A stretch of 63,717 bases of DNA, counting the filler, from Bigelowiella natans CCMP2755 (taxonomy: Eukaryota > Protista > Cercozoa): assembly GCA_000320545.1 (NCBI GenBank). It is 7 parts of 7 records of this genome, joined end to end, with 100 filler letters (N's around TTAATTAATTAA, not from the genome) between each part and the next. Parts side by side here need not be neighbours in the genome. Positions count along the whole stretch, not along the records: positions 1 to 22,584 come from ADNK01003139.1; 6 more parts are not named here. One strand, given 5' to 3'. Below are positions 1-11,100 of this stretch, in pieces. Numbering within the stretch: the stretch's first letter is position 1; every line of letters begins with the position of its first letter. The notes below the pieces were generated by a model that saw nothing but the letters and a program-made list of their open reading frames with translations, made no database searches and was not told where the DNA came from. A program made the translations under genes and the position numbers.

Positions 1-571
1 CCCAGCCTGAGCGTATAATATACCATTCAAACCAAAACCAGCACCTTATAAAGACCTTCTGATATGCTGATTGGACGATTGCTATAATCACTTTAAACTC
101 ACCATTCTTCTTCTTCATCTTATTCTTTGCCTTCTTTTGCTGCTACTACTATAACTGCCACTAGTCCTCTTCCTCCTCCTCCTTCACCTCCACCTCCTCC
201 TCCTCCTCCTACTACTACTACTACTACTACTGCTATTACTACTGCTACTACTAGTACTACAACTTCAGTCTCACGCATACCCTCCTTTTATCGTGTCTTT
301 CAAATCCTCCGCTAAAAAAGCGCCCTGGTGAAATTATAAAAACAGCAATTAAACGATGAATCCTTGCCTGCCTCCCAGCATTGAGCGTTTCTAGTCACTT
401 CCTCCCCACCATCACCATTATCATCATCATCGTCATCGCCCTTTCTTTTGTAGGCATCAGGATCGCCAATCTATGCTGGCAGTTTTATGTATTATAAAGC
501 TGTCGTCACTACTCGCTCCGCGTCGCTCGGCTCGGAGGGCGCTGAAAGCGACTGATCGAGAATGAGCTTCT

Positions 572-882
572 TCATACTCGGCTGCGGCTTTCTAACCAAC
601 CAAATAAACAGCAGCAGTCAGCTGGGTTAGACAGTGCGGGAAACACGAAATTTGGGAGATGTCCTCCTTCAAGACCGTTCGAATAAGTATGAAGCGGCAA
701 TGGCAATGAAGATACACATTTCTTCTTTTTCTCCTTCTTCTTCTTCTTCTTCTTTAACAGCTCCTTCATCATTTCGCAATACGTGATATTGAAGGCTTTG
801 ATTTCCCCGCGAAGTCGTTGATGCCAGCGCCTATGCGCAGGATCCTTAGAAACAGGGAGGAGAGGAAGAGGCGACAATCAGA

Positions 883-920
<38 letters not shown>

Positions 921-1599
921 TATAATATACATTGAAGCCAGCAGTAAGTACGTTAATGAGAGGAAGACAAATCTTAGATATCTCGTTTCATCACGTTTGT
1001 ACACAACAGTACCAGTGGTTGAGCGTCTGGATTGCTCAGGCCGAAGTTCATGCACGATCGGTATAGAACCCGGTCCTTTTTGCCTCCGGGTACCTGAAAG
1101 AGGGGATGCGGTGGGAGAATCATTCGTCGCTCGCTGGAGGGAGGGCACACAGCATATGAACCTTATGCGGATTTCGTCCAAGATCTTGCGGAGAAACCTC
1201 GCCATCAGACGCCGTAGTCTCCAACGCTTCAAGGTCCACACGCAAGTTGCGACTGGAGAAAAGCCCACCATATTAACGCGAGACCTCTACTATTACTATA
1301 TCAAGTGATAACGAAGACACCGTACCTCGGGAACCATGCGCCGCCCCGATCCCCAACGTGAATCTGGATAACCAACGCAGTGCTAACGAGGACGATGGCA
1401 GTGCTTTGGACCCGAGAGCGCTTCGCGCGCCAGTTGTCTTGCAGGGACATTCTCTCCATCGTCGATAGGTTCTCGCTCGGCGTTCTATCACCCACTAAAG
1501 CCGTGGGTGATTTTACATTTTCTTAGGAGACGAGATAGGTTGAAAGCACACTTGCACCGAAGCTTCTGCTCCGAGGGGGCGGCGGCTGGCGATGTTCAT
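572..1599 (-). CDS. Hypothetical multi-exon protein (structure uncertain; may continue toward the window start)
   Basis: Chain of minus-strand ORFs (1273-1491, 846-1271, 572-877) separated by an (AT)n intron-like tract. Candidate ATG at 1599 lies just downstream (minus-strand sense) of the TGTCGCA cluster. No recognisable domain. Confidence 0.3.
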
Positions 1600-1899
1600 T
1601 CCTGATATCCCTTAGAATAAGGAATTTATTCATATTTATTATGTCGCAATTGATAAATTGATTCAAATTTTTACATTCCATCATTATATCTGTCGCAAAC
1701 TAAAATCAGCATTTAAATACTACGGCGTCTCGTATATTTCGTTGTCGCAGAGAATTGAGCCATAAGGTGGCTTACCGGAATGATTAGTTTCGTCTTGTCG
1801 CATCTTGGAAGAGCAGAACAATGTGTAGGTATTTTTAGAGATAATTTGTAAAAATGAGATATTAGTATATAATATTTGCAAGTACGAATAACTGAAGAA

Positions 1900-1972
1900 G
1901 CCCCATTAACTCAGTTGGTAGAGTGATGGACTCTTAATCCATTCGCCACGGGTTCGAGCCCCGTATGGGGCT
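1900..1972 (+). tRNA. tRNA-Lys(CTT)
   Basis: Full cloverleaf: acceptor GCCCCAT/ATGGGGC, D-stem ACTC/GAGT with AGTTGGTA loop, anticodon stem ATGGA/TCCAT with loop CT-CTT-AA, T-arm ACGGG-TTCGAGC-CCCGT. 73 nt, no intron. Confidence 0.95.
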
Positions 1973-1975
1973 TTG

Positions 1976-2000
1976 TTTTTCCCTAAATCTTATTTTTTTT
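1976..2000 (+). terminator. RNA polymerase III oligo-T terminator
   Basis: T5 at 1976-1980 and T8 at 1993-2000 immediately 3' of the tRNA. Confidence 0.7.
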
Positions 2001-2254
2001 AATTCCTCCTGCGACATGTGCCTGCGACAACTCGGAAACATCAATCCACGCCCGTAATCGATTTGTGTCGACATTCGACAGATTGAAACTTTTTGGCCTG
2101 TGCGACAACCTGAAATCGGGGGCATTTTTTCAAAAATTGATTCGGGAATCTCTGGAGACTCTCCACACCTATGATCTGGGTTCCTCAGCCCCTTACGAAT
2201 CAGGAGAGAATGGGTGCCTGTGCAGACTGGTGACATCAAGCAGCAGGAAGGACA

Positions 2255-4102
2255 ATGTCTGTGTCACAATTCTTGGGAAAAGATGATTGGAAAGTGAGCG
2301 TTCAAGATGGTGGCACTTACTTGGTTTATGGGAATCAAACGAGCAACAAAGCCCAGAATGTGAGCGAGAAAGTGAAGGCACTGGAAAATTATCTCAAGTG
2401 TTGGAAGGAAAATTTGAAACACGAGTTGAAGAAGCGAGAGGAAGATATGACCAAATGCGAAACTCAATTGATGAAACTGGAGAATGAAATTGAAGATGGA
2501 GACAGCGATGAAGGGGAGAATGACGAAGGGTTGGATGGTGAGTGCGAAGAGCAGGTCCTGATCCGTGAAATTGTGACCCAGCGAAACATTCTGGGAAAGC
2601 ATCGCAGGAAAATCAAGGAAATTACCGACATGTTGGAAGGAAGGAAAGTTTGTAGCAAACACAGAGATGCTCAGGAACTTGTGGACGGCAAAAAGAGTTG
2701 CAGAGTCGCTTTCAAACTGACGATGGAGCAATATGCTTTCAAGCACATAGACACAAAATTCGTGCTGAAGTACAAATTCAACGATGGGAAAATATCAGTT
2801 GCGTCTCAGTTGAGAGACGAAAGTGTTGTGGTGGATGGGATGTCCTTCACAGGGCACAGCATTCACACCTTGCGAAAATGCGGGGACAAGGCAACTCTGA
2901 TTGCGGTCGCCCAAGCGGAGATTCAGTTGTCAAATTCCCTCCAAACTGCATATGACAAGACCGCTGAAGAAATCACACGACTCAGAAATGAATATGAGGA
3001 GACAGACATCAACGACGAAGAAAGGCAGCACAAACTGGTCGCAGAGGAACTCAAAAGGAAGCGATTACTAGGCAGGATGAAAAAGGGAAAGCACAAAGCT
3101 GAGATGCTGGTGAGTGCCTACGTCGTTGAGAGACTGGGCAACCTCATAGTAGATGAATCGGTGGACATTAACATTCGACAACTACAACTCGCACAGCAGG
3201 AGCGGGAACTAAAGTTGTTGGAGATGGGGTGGAGGAAACTGCCTGATATGAGGACTGAGAGGGTTGGTCTAGACGTGGTCGTTGGGGATGGCAAGCTGTT
3301 TGCTGTCGGTGGGTGGGATGGTAGCAATCATCTCATAATTGGGGAGTATCTAGATTTGAAGAATGTGAATGCGGGGTGGAAGGAGCTGCCTGATATGGGG
3401 ACTAAGAGGTCTCACTTGGGTGTGGCCGTTGGGGATGGCAAGCTGTTTGCTGTTGGTGGTGGGTATGATATCAAATCTGGGGAGTATCTGGATTTGAAGA
3501 ATATGGATGCGGGGTGGAAGGAACTGCCTGATATGAGGATTGAGAGGGCTCATTTGGGTGTGGCCGTTGGGGATGGCAAGCTGTTTGCGGTTGGTGGGTC
3601 TGATAAGGTTTATAAGAATCTCAAATCTGGGGAGTATCTGGATTTGAAGGATGTGGATGCGGGGTGGAAGGAACTGCCTGATATGAGGATTGAGAGGGCT
3701 GCTTTGAGTGTGGCCGTTGGGGATGGCAAGCTGTTTGCTGTTGGTGGGTATGGTGATGATGGTCATCATAAATCTGGGGAGTATCTGGATCTGAAGGATG
3801 TGGATGCGGGGTGGAAGGAACTGCCTGCTATGATGAACATTACGAGGATTCACTTGGGTGTGGCCGTTGGGGATAGCAAGCTGTTTGCTGTTGGTGGGAG
3901 GGATGGTCGTGCTAATTATCTCACATCGGGGGAGTATCTGGATTTGAAGAATGCGAGCGCGAGGTGGAAGGAACTGCCTGATATGAATGTTGAGAGGGAT
4001 GAGTTGGGTGTGGCCGTTGGGGATGGCAAGCTGTTTGCGGTTGGTGGGTATGATGGTAGTAATTGTCACAAATCTGGGGAGTGTCTTCGCATCGCCATGT
4101 AG
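2255..4102 (+). CDS. Intronless coiled-coil + six-blade Kelch-repeat protein (615 aa)
   Basis: Uninterrupted ORF. K/E-rich coiled-coil N-terminal half; C-terminal six repeats of W-K-E-L-P-D-M-x-x-x-R-x-x-L-G-V-A-V-G-D-G-K-L-F-A-V-G-G, the Kelch GG/W signature. Confidence 0.92.
   Translation: MSVSQFLGKDDWKVSVQDGGTYLVYGNQTSNKAQNVSEKVKALENYLKCWKENLKHELKKREEDMTKCETQLMKLENEIEDGDSDEGENDEGLDGECEEQVLIREIVTQRNILGKHRRKIKEITDMLEGRKVCSKHRDAQELVDGKKSCRVAFKLTMEQYAFKHIDTKFVLKYKFNDGKISVASQLRDESVVVDGMSFTGHSIHTLRKCGDKATLIAVAQAEIQLSNSLQTAYDKTAEEITRLRNEYEETDINDEERQHKLVAEELKRKRLLGRMKKGKHKAEMLVSAYVVERLGNLIVDESVDINIRQLQLAQQERELKLLEMGWRKLPDMRTERVGLDVVVGDGKLFAVGGWDGSNHLIIGEYLDLKNVNAGWKELPDMGTKRSHLGVAVGDGKLFAVGGGYDIKSGEYLDLKNMDAGWKELPDMRIERAHLGVAVGDGKLFAVGGSDKVYKNLKSGEYLDLKDVDAGWKELPDMRIERAALSVAVGDGKLFAVGGYGDDGHHKSGEYLDLKDVDAGWKELPAMMNITRIHLGVAVGDSKLFAVGGRDGRANYLTSGEYLDLKNASARWKELPDMNVERDELGVAVGDGKLFAVGGYDGSNCHKSGECLRIAM
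3228..4085 (+). repeat. Six near-identical ~140-150-bp coding tandem repeats (Kelch blades)
   Basis: GTGGCCGTTGGGGATGGCAAGCTGTTTGC and GGGGAGTATCTGGATTTGAAG recur almost verbatim across the units. Confidence 0.9.
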
Positions 4103-6010
4103 ACTGCTTCGCACACGCATCGGGTTCTGTCTGGAGAAAATGTGGTTGTTCATTGCCATCTGCAACTTCGCTCATTGGACAAATGTGGACTTTCATCACT
4201 TCATCTCTTAGTTTGCGATGGAATTCAGGATTTAGTTCGGCTCTTAGGTTTGTCATTGCGATGACGATCTCACTAAGTTTGTCGTCAACATCATGGATTT
4301 CATCTGCTGTGCTACTTCCAGTTACTTGCTTGACATTGCTCATGTCAATCTCATGATGCGATGTTTCTTTGAATGAAAATCATGGCATGGTTGGTTGTTC
4401 TGTGAAAGTTGATCACAGGAATCCCTTTGCTAACAGCATGTTGCTGAGTGTGCACGTTGTGTTGGCAGTCGCATGTTCTGGTGTTGGTACACAGCAGTCG
4501 CACGTTCATGGCAGTCGTGTGTCAGCATGTGGCACAGCTGTCGCATCTAGGCATGTGCATTGGCACGGCACATCAGCACATCCGATCCCGCCAGTGGCAT
4601 GAACGGAATGTCAAAAACAAACACATTGTGCATTGTGCGCATGAAGCTTCACATCACAATGAACGTGACCCTTGGCCGTTGAAAAAACAAAAGACCCTCA
4701 TGAAGCAGGAGCACAACAATGCCTTTGAATCATGCCAACTGTTGGCGAATGCAATGTGATGCAGCACAACACTGCAGTCGCATGATGCAGTCGCGTCGCT
4801 TTGCGAGCCAGTGGACTTGCCCACATCGCGGACACCGCCGTTGGCGGTTGCGATGATTTCATCATTGTTGCTCACACGTCACACACAGACTGCACGCAAC
4901 AATGACGTTCGCTAGTTCGGTGCACGCGCCAGGCGCACGCCAGCTAGCCAAGTGCGCAGGTTGGGCTAGTGGGGTTGGCGTTGAAGAAAGTGATGTTCGA
5001 TCACTTTTTCGAACTCGAACAAACCATTGAACGCTCGTGAAGTGCTCAAGTGAAAGTGAAAACAGTGATCCGTCAACGTTTGGCAATTGAAAGCTGAAAC
5101 AATCATCACTTTTTTGAAAGCCATCGCAAATGGCAAATGACACACGTGATTGTCAACTTTGTGCAAACGTATTGCACTCTGCTCATCACGTCTCGGTCGA
5201 CAGATTGCTCATCACGCGAACCTGGAAAGCAAGATGGCTCTGTAAGTTTTGGGGGCGCAATGCCAAAACTGGAAAACATTGTTGCGCAGTTGAAAGCTCT
5301 GATCAGGCGCCGTGAAAAATGCACCTGTCGATTTTTTTGGCATGCTGTTTTTTTTTGTTTGAAGTCTCCTAGCAGTTTGCCGCAAATATACAAAAATGCG
5401 TGCTGAAGGCATGGTTGGCTCGAATAAGGTGCGAGCGCAGCGCTCTGGCGAGCAGACACCAAGTCTCCCTGCTGGAGCTGCATCTAGCTAGTAGGCGAAT
5501 AGCGTGGTACGTCTAGTGGTGTTTTGATAAACATGATGCATTTTTCTAGTTTGTGAAACAAATTCAAAATGCAAGCCAAGCGCTCAGGGAAGCGATGCAA
5601 GATCGACTGCAACGTTGATGATGAAGATCCCAAAGCCTATCATTGACTTGCATGCCAAAGGGAATGAGCATCGCCTCCCATGCTAGCGCAGATGACAGTC
5701 ACATGTATGTGTGTGCATGTCAATTTCACGATTTCTAGCGCACCCAATTGCCGCTGCGTTCGTGCACATGCACTATATCAAAACTCAAACGAGAGCAGTC
5801 CATTATAGATAGCTACTCAAATTTAGATGCTTGCAAACTCATCGTGTGCCGCTCCTGCTGCCTGGCGCATTCGAACGTGACAATTTTCACGTCGAACACA
5901 ACTTGTTTGCAGGTTAGTGGGCTCTGAATTGTCATGCAAGACCGACAGTTGAGAAGCTCCATTCACGATGGGCAATGAAGATGCACACCATGCGCGCACG
6001 CATGTTGCTT
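4103..6010. other. TpA-depleted, TG/CA-rich intergenic domain between convergent Kelch and myosin 3' ends
   Basis: 4490-5169 (~680 bp) contains only four TA dinucleotides (4548, 4913, 4945, 4967), all inside CTAG; 4550-4912 has none. CpG remains common. Confidence 0.85.
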
Positions 6011-6013
6011 TCC

Positions 6014-6705
6014 CTACTTCATGGCCTCAGGTTTTTCCCAGGTTGTTTCATCTGAAAAATACCAGCACGTCGTAAGCACAGCAGACGCGAAAGCAGCTGC
6101 GAAAAACCTTCCTTCTTAAACTATCATACCGCAAGAAGTCAAATCACGAAAAACAGGAAAAACCAACTATAGCACCCTTCCATACATACACACTCAACAC
6201 AGCGATCTCTCTTTTATCGTCCTCAGCATCCTCATCGAGTAGTCACGTACCAGTTTTCGTATTCCAGTAATAAATCTCTCCATCGTCAGTCTTGCACTCC
6301 TCCCATTCAGGTTCTTCCTCCTTAGCCGCCGCTCCGCCATTCACATCGGCCCCGGCTGTCAATGGATTGGAAGTACCCGCTGTGGTCCTCGAAGATCCCC
6401 CCCCCCCTTCTTTCGTTGCAGCAGCAGCAGTAGCCGACGCAGCGACAGCAGCGGCGGCATCTTGCTTCTTCTTCAATTCCTCTGGGATATCCCACTGCCA
6501 ATCGAAATAACGGCGTGTGAGTGATGAGTAGATAGTGAAAATGAAAAGGAGACCTCCCAAACTGAAACTGTGAAATAAGGCTTTTTTTTTTTTTTCTTCC
6601 TTCCTTTTTGAAAAGAGATCTCACCGTGGTTTCGTCTGTAATGGTGTTCCAATAGTACGTTTCGCCATCCTCGGACTTGAGCTCCTCCCACACGCTCTGC
6701 CCCGA
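6014..6705 (-). other. Two C-terminal WW domains of the myosin
   Basis: [24 protein letters not shown]|WDIP and [20 protein letters not shown]|DETTWEKP across GT-AG introns. Confidence 0.9.
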
Positions 6706-7865
6706 CTGCATGTGCAAGCATAATGTCAAGCAATGTGCACGCACGATGCGCTCGTGCTGAACCCCCTCCCCCCCCCCCCGCCCCCTTTCCCTTCCCCACA
6801 CACGCACACACTCACACACACGCTCGCACATGCAGGGCTGTTTGAGTATAGAATCTCGATTCCAACGAATATTCATCAAAGCGAAAAACGCAGAAGTAAC
6901 CTATCTAATTTCGTATGGCCGTGGCTACACCTCCCCCCCCCCCTCCCCCCTTTCCTTATCGCACCGATACTCCAGCACTAGCGGCAGCATTATCAGTGGT
7001 CGCCTCGCTTTTGGCGACCGTTCCAGAAGTCGTTGTAGCAGATTCAGCCTTGGATTTGCTGTCCTCCTCCTTCACCTCCGTGGCCTTCTGGGCCTCCTCA
7101 GCTCCGCTATTCTTCATACCATTAGCTTTCGAATCAGGGCTAGCAGCAGCAGCAGCAGCCGCAGCAGGGCTTTGGACCTCACTACCAGGGCTGATTGGGG
7201 GGTTAGGCGCGAACGGCGTCTCCGGAGAGAGGGGGGAAGTTGCCCCGCCACCATTCTGCGCTTTCGCTTTCTTCTCTGCTGCGGGAAGAGGAAAAAAAAC
7301 ACAGTCGATTAGATAACAGCACCGAGGCCGAACGATATTTCACCGAGAAATAGGGAGAGCGGGGGGGGGAGGTGTAGCAAAGGCGGTAACGCTACAACGG
7401 AGGCTATCTGTTTATGTGCCTGCTCTGCGCGCTGATGAACTCTCGCGTAACGTGGGCGCGTTTGGTATGAGCAAGCACGCTGGCGGCGATCTCGTCCGTG
7501 AAAAGTATACATCGATAGGAAACATTAACAACCGCAGTCATATGCCGTGTACCACCCGCTCTCTGTACCTGGCGAGTCGATAGCGAGTTCGGTCGCTATC
7601 TTGGACGAAGAAGCTGCCTCTCCTCCCCAATCCGCCTTCTTCCCTGCATCGGCCGACGGAGGGCTCATGGGCGGGGGCAGGGCATCTGGAGTGATGTTGT
7701 CCACGGCGATGATATCGCTCGTTCTGGCTGCGAATGAAGCCTTCTGCTTCCTCGTGGACGGCATCTGCGCCTCCTCCTCGAGGTCCTCGGGGACCGTGCA
7801 ACCCCGGGGTAGAGGCGAGTCGGAAGGCTGTATATTGTGCAATGGGTTTTAATAAACACGCACAC

Positions 7866-7908
<43 letters not shown>

Positions 7909-7921
7909 CGCACACAAACAG

Positions 7922-7953
<32 letters not shown>

Positions 7954-8143
7954 TGCTATTCTCAATTCAAGATTATACAAGCGTCTGTGTTTGCATCGGC
8001 GCTCGGAAGATATTTCAAGCCCCAGCAGAACCGCCCCCCCTCCCTTTCAAAGACAACAGCGCGCGCGCCTCGCAACCACAAACTCTCTCTCTCTCTCTCG
8101 CACACAGACGCACAGACGCACACACACACACACACACACGCTT

Positions 8144-8185
<42 letters not shown>

Positions 8186-11100
8186 ACCTGAATATCCGGC
8201 GTCGCCCTCGAAATCTCCTTCACGTCCGGAGGCAGACCGATCTTCCCCGGCGTCGATGGCTTGGGCTCGAGCGACCCCCAGGCCTCCTCGCCTTTGTTGG
8301 CGTGCTTGAGAACCACTTGCCACTGCGGGGGCGCGTAGTTGGGCCGCTCGTAAAGCTTGTACACCGGGCTCTGCTTCGGGTCGTTCTGGATCGCGCCAAA
8401 GTTCTTGAGGTTCTTGCCCTCGAGCACGCGGCGCGTTTCGGCGTCGGAGAGCGGCGCGTGGCGCTTCTCCGTAAACTGCGTCGCATAGAGCGCGTCCAGC
8501 AGCCGCTCCTGGCGCTCCCCCGCGTTGTCCGTTATCCACTTATCGAGGAAGTTGTCAAGCCCGCTCGGGGGGAAGGTGTTAAGCAGGAGCGAGAGGTGCA
8601 GCCAGCCCTTGTCGCGGCTGTGCGGGTTGGGGTTCTCGGTGAGCTGCTTGATGGCGTGGAGGTAGAGCTCGTCGCGCAGGTCCTCGTTCTTGAGCCCCGC
8701 CTCGCAGATCTCCTGCGCGAGCAGCAGCGGCGTCTTGTAGGTGCGGTCGCCCATGAAGCCCATCAGGTTCTTGAAGTACTTGAGCGCCTCCGCGTTGTTA
8801 CCGACGCCGTGCGGCATCTCGGTCATGGCCGCGTGGATCGGGTACTTGGTGTGCTTGAGCATGCCCTTTGCGAGGTCCACCCTGTTCATCGTCAGGAGCT
8901 TCAGGTTCGCCCAGCCCTGCGGGGTGCGCAGCTTGGTAAAGGCCTTGAGCTGGAACTGCTCCTTGTACTTCTCGCGATACCACTTCTTGAGCCGGATGTT
9001 GATCTCCACCTTGCGACCCATGTCCTTGAGGTCGGTGGCGGCGCGGATCTGCGCCTGCATGAATTTCTCCGCGGACGTGTTCTCTAGGTAGCCCTCTACC
9101 TTGTCGATGTCCTTGGTGGTCACGCCGAGCGTTTTGGCGCGCTTGAGGACGTCCTTCATGTGGTTCTCCTCGAGCATCCGGACGCAATCCTTGGCCTCCA
9201 CATTCAGCTGGCCGACGGCATCACGGAGGTTTCGAATCGCAGCGAACTCCTTCGTCTCCGCCCTCGAGTCATACTCGAAAGCCTCTCCGTCGGCCACCGC
9301 CTTTTCCAACAGGTCCTGCGTGCGCTTGCTGTTAGCTTCGTTCATCGCGTCTAAGATGCGCTTTATGCGCGAAAGGCAGTAGGACGCGTGCCTGTAGACC
9401 GGAAAGAGCTCGATGTACTTGCTGTGCATCCCGAGCGCACGCCCTTCCACCAGAAACGTTTCGAGGGACTTTTCGTCCCTCGCCTCAATCGCCTGGCGCA
9501 GTTTCGCTTCGATAGAGCGCAGGTTTCGCGCCAGCGCCGCCTCCTCCATCGCCCCGCATACGTCGGGGTGATTACCCAGCTCCCCGCGCTCTTCAACCGC
9601 GCTGCGCGCGCGCCGTGCAACCTCTTGCCACAGCTTCGATTCCTTCGTGTTGAACGCGTTGTCCAGAGCCTGGCGGAGGTTTCGGATCAGGATCGCGCAA
9701 ATGAGCGCCGATTTCCCACTCGCAGTTCGCATTCGGAAAGCCGAGGCAGCCTCCACCGCTCCTTGCAGCTCCTTGTAGTCTACTTTGTACATGTTGGCCT
9801 TCTCGAATCTGTTGGAAAAGCCTTGCTCGCGCGAGAGGGCTCTGAGCCTGGCCTCGTGCCCTTCATCCTCTACGCGCAGGGCGAGAACCCGCCGAGCTTC
9901 CTCCATTTCCGGCGCGTGCGCGAATTTGAGGTCTTCTGCAGTTTTGATTGCCTTGGTCATCATTCCATGTCCCTGTGGCGAGAAAATTGCATCAGTAGCA
10001 CTTGCGAGACCTTCCCTGGCTTTGATCATCCGATCTAGCGTTGCTTTTGCCATGGGGATAGCGACGTACATGTCCGCCGACATGTGCAGAGAGCCAGCGA
10101 CTTTCAGCGCCACCTCAAGCCCCTGCTGCTCGCGCTTGGCCTCATGCGATACCAGGGCGGCGTTCGTGTCGATTATCTTCTGGAGCGTTGTGGACGCTGT
10201 CTCGAAGATGGGGTAGAGCCCGGCGTACCACTTGCAGTTCATTTCGAGCTCCTCCGCACGTTTGATCCACATCGTCAGATTCGCCTGATGGCCTTGCTTC
10301 ACGCCGTCCTCCAGCTTCCCCTCAGCCTCACTACGCAGCTTCTGCGTTTGCACGCGGCGGCGAGCGAAGAGCACCTCGGCATGGCTGTTCAGATCTCCTC
10401 CAGCCTCCTGGAGCTTTTGATCGAGGGCCGCCCAGTTCTGATCGATTTTGGTTTTCTCAGCAGCGCGCACAGCGATGCGCACGGCCAGGATGCGCGTCGC
10501 GAGCTTCTGTGCCAGCTTTCCCGCCGCTGTCTTCATGTCGAACGTACGAGCTTCGTCCAGAAGTTCAGTGATGGTCACAGTGTCAATGGCATCATGGCCC
10601 TCATCCTCCACAAATCCTCCCTTCTGCAGAGCCTCCCGAAGGCCTTGCGCAATACGATCGTCTTCCTCTCGAACACCGAGAGCGTCCTTTGCAGCCTTCA
10701 TCTCGGGTGCGTGCTCGTAGTTGTACTCGCAGGCGGCGCGAATGCTGGTTTTTAGCTCCTGCCCCCCTTTCGGAGTGAAAGCACTGTCCGTGCATTGTTT
10801 CAGATCGACCCGCAGGGCCTTCATCTTCTTCAACGTTTCTTTAGCCTCCGGGATAGAGCTGTACATCGCCGCGTCGAGTTTCAAGTCGCTTGCTTTGCCG
10901 AGCCACTCGTCCACTGCCTCCTCATCGCGCGCCGCCGTAGCTTTGCGTAAGCTCTCCACGTGGAAGTCGATCTGGCGGAGCATTTCCGTAGAGGTGGTGT
11001 ACTCAGGGTATAGGTTCAGGTACTTGGTGTCCATTTCAAGAGCGACCGCCCTAGTGAGCCACATCTTCAGGTCCGCTTGGTTGCGCGCGTCGACAGCTTC

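Larger units (their letters stand above)
1642..2107. promoter_or_regulatory. Cluster of TGTCGCA/TGCGACA motifs flanking the tRNA in a divergent intergenic region
   Basis: TGTCGCA at 1642, 1691, 1743, 1796 (spacing 49, 52, 53 bp); reverse-complement TGCGACA at 2010, 2023, 2101. Function is inferred. Confidence 0.55.

Noticed and set aside
127-315. Pro/Thr-rich ORF and similar YIYI, CVCV, ERER or poly-D ORFs elsewhere
   Set aside because: Translations of tri- and dinucleotide microsatellites.
3228-4085. CRISPR-like regularly spaced repeats
   Set aside because: The units are in-frame protein repeats with similar intervening sequence; eukaryotic context and no cas genes.
3350-4165. 271-aa repetitive minus-strand ORF
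   Set aside because: Antisense of the Kelch repeats.
4962-4976. 15-bp match TGGGCTAGTGGGGTT also at 32265-32279
   Set aside because: A match of this length is expected by chance in 64 kb, and the flanks do not align.
4900-5495. Possible Helitron or non-autonomous DNA transposon (short GC hairpins before CTAG; AAAGTGAT/ATCACTTT motifs)
   Set aside because: No clear termini, target-site duplication or transposase/Rep-helicase coding seen. It remains an alternative that needs a repeat-library search.
4103-6010. CpG-methylation decay or fungal RIP as the cause of TG/CA richness
   Set aside because: CpG is still abundant and TpA is lost rather than gained, contrary to both processes.
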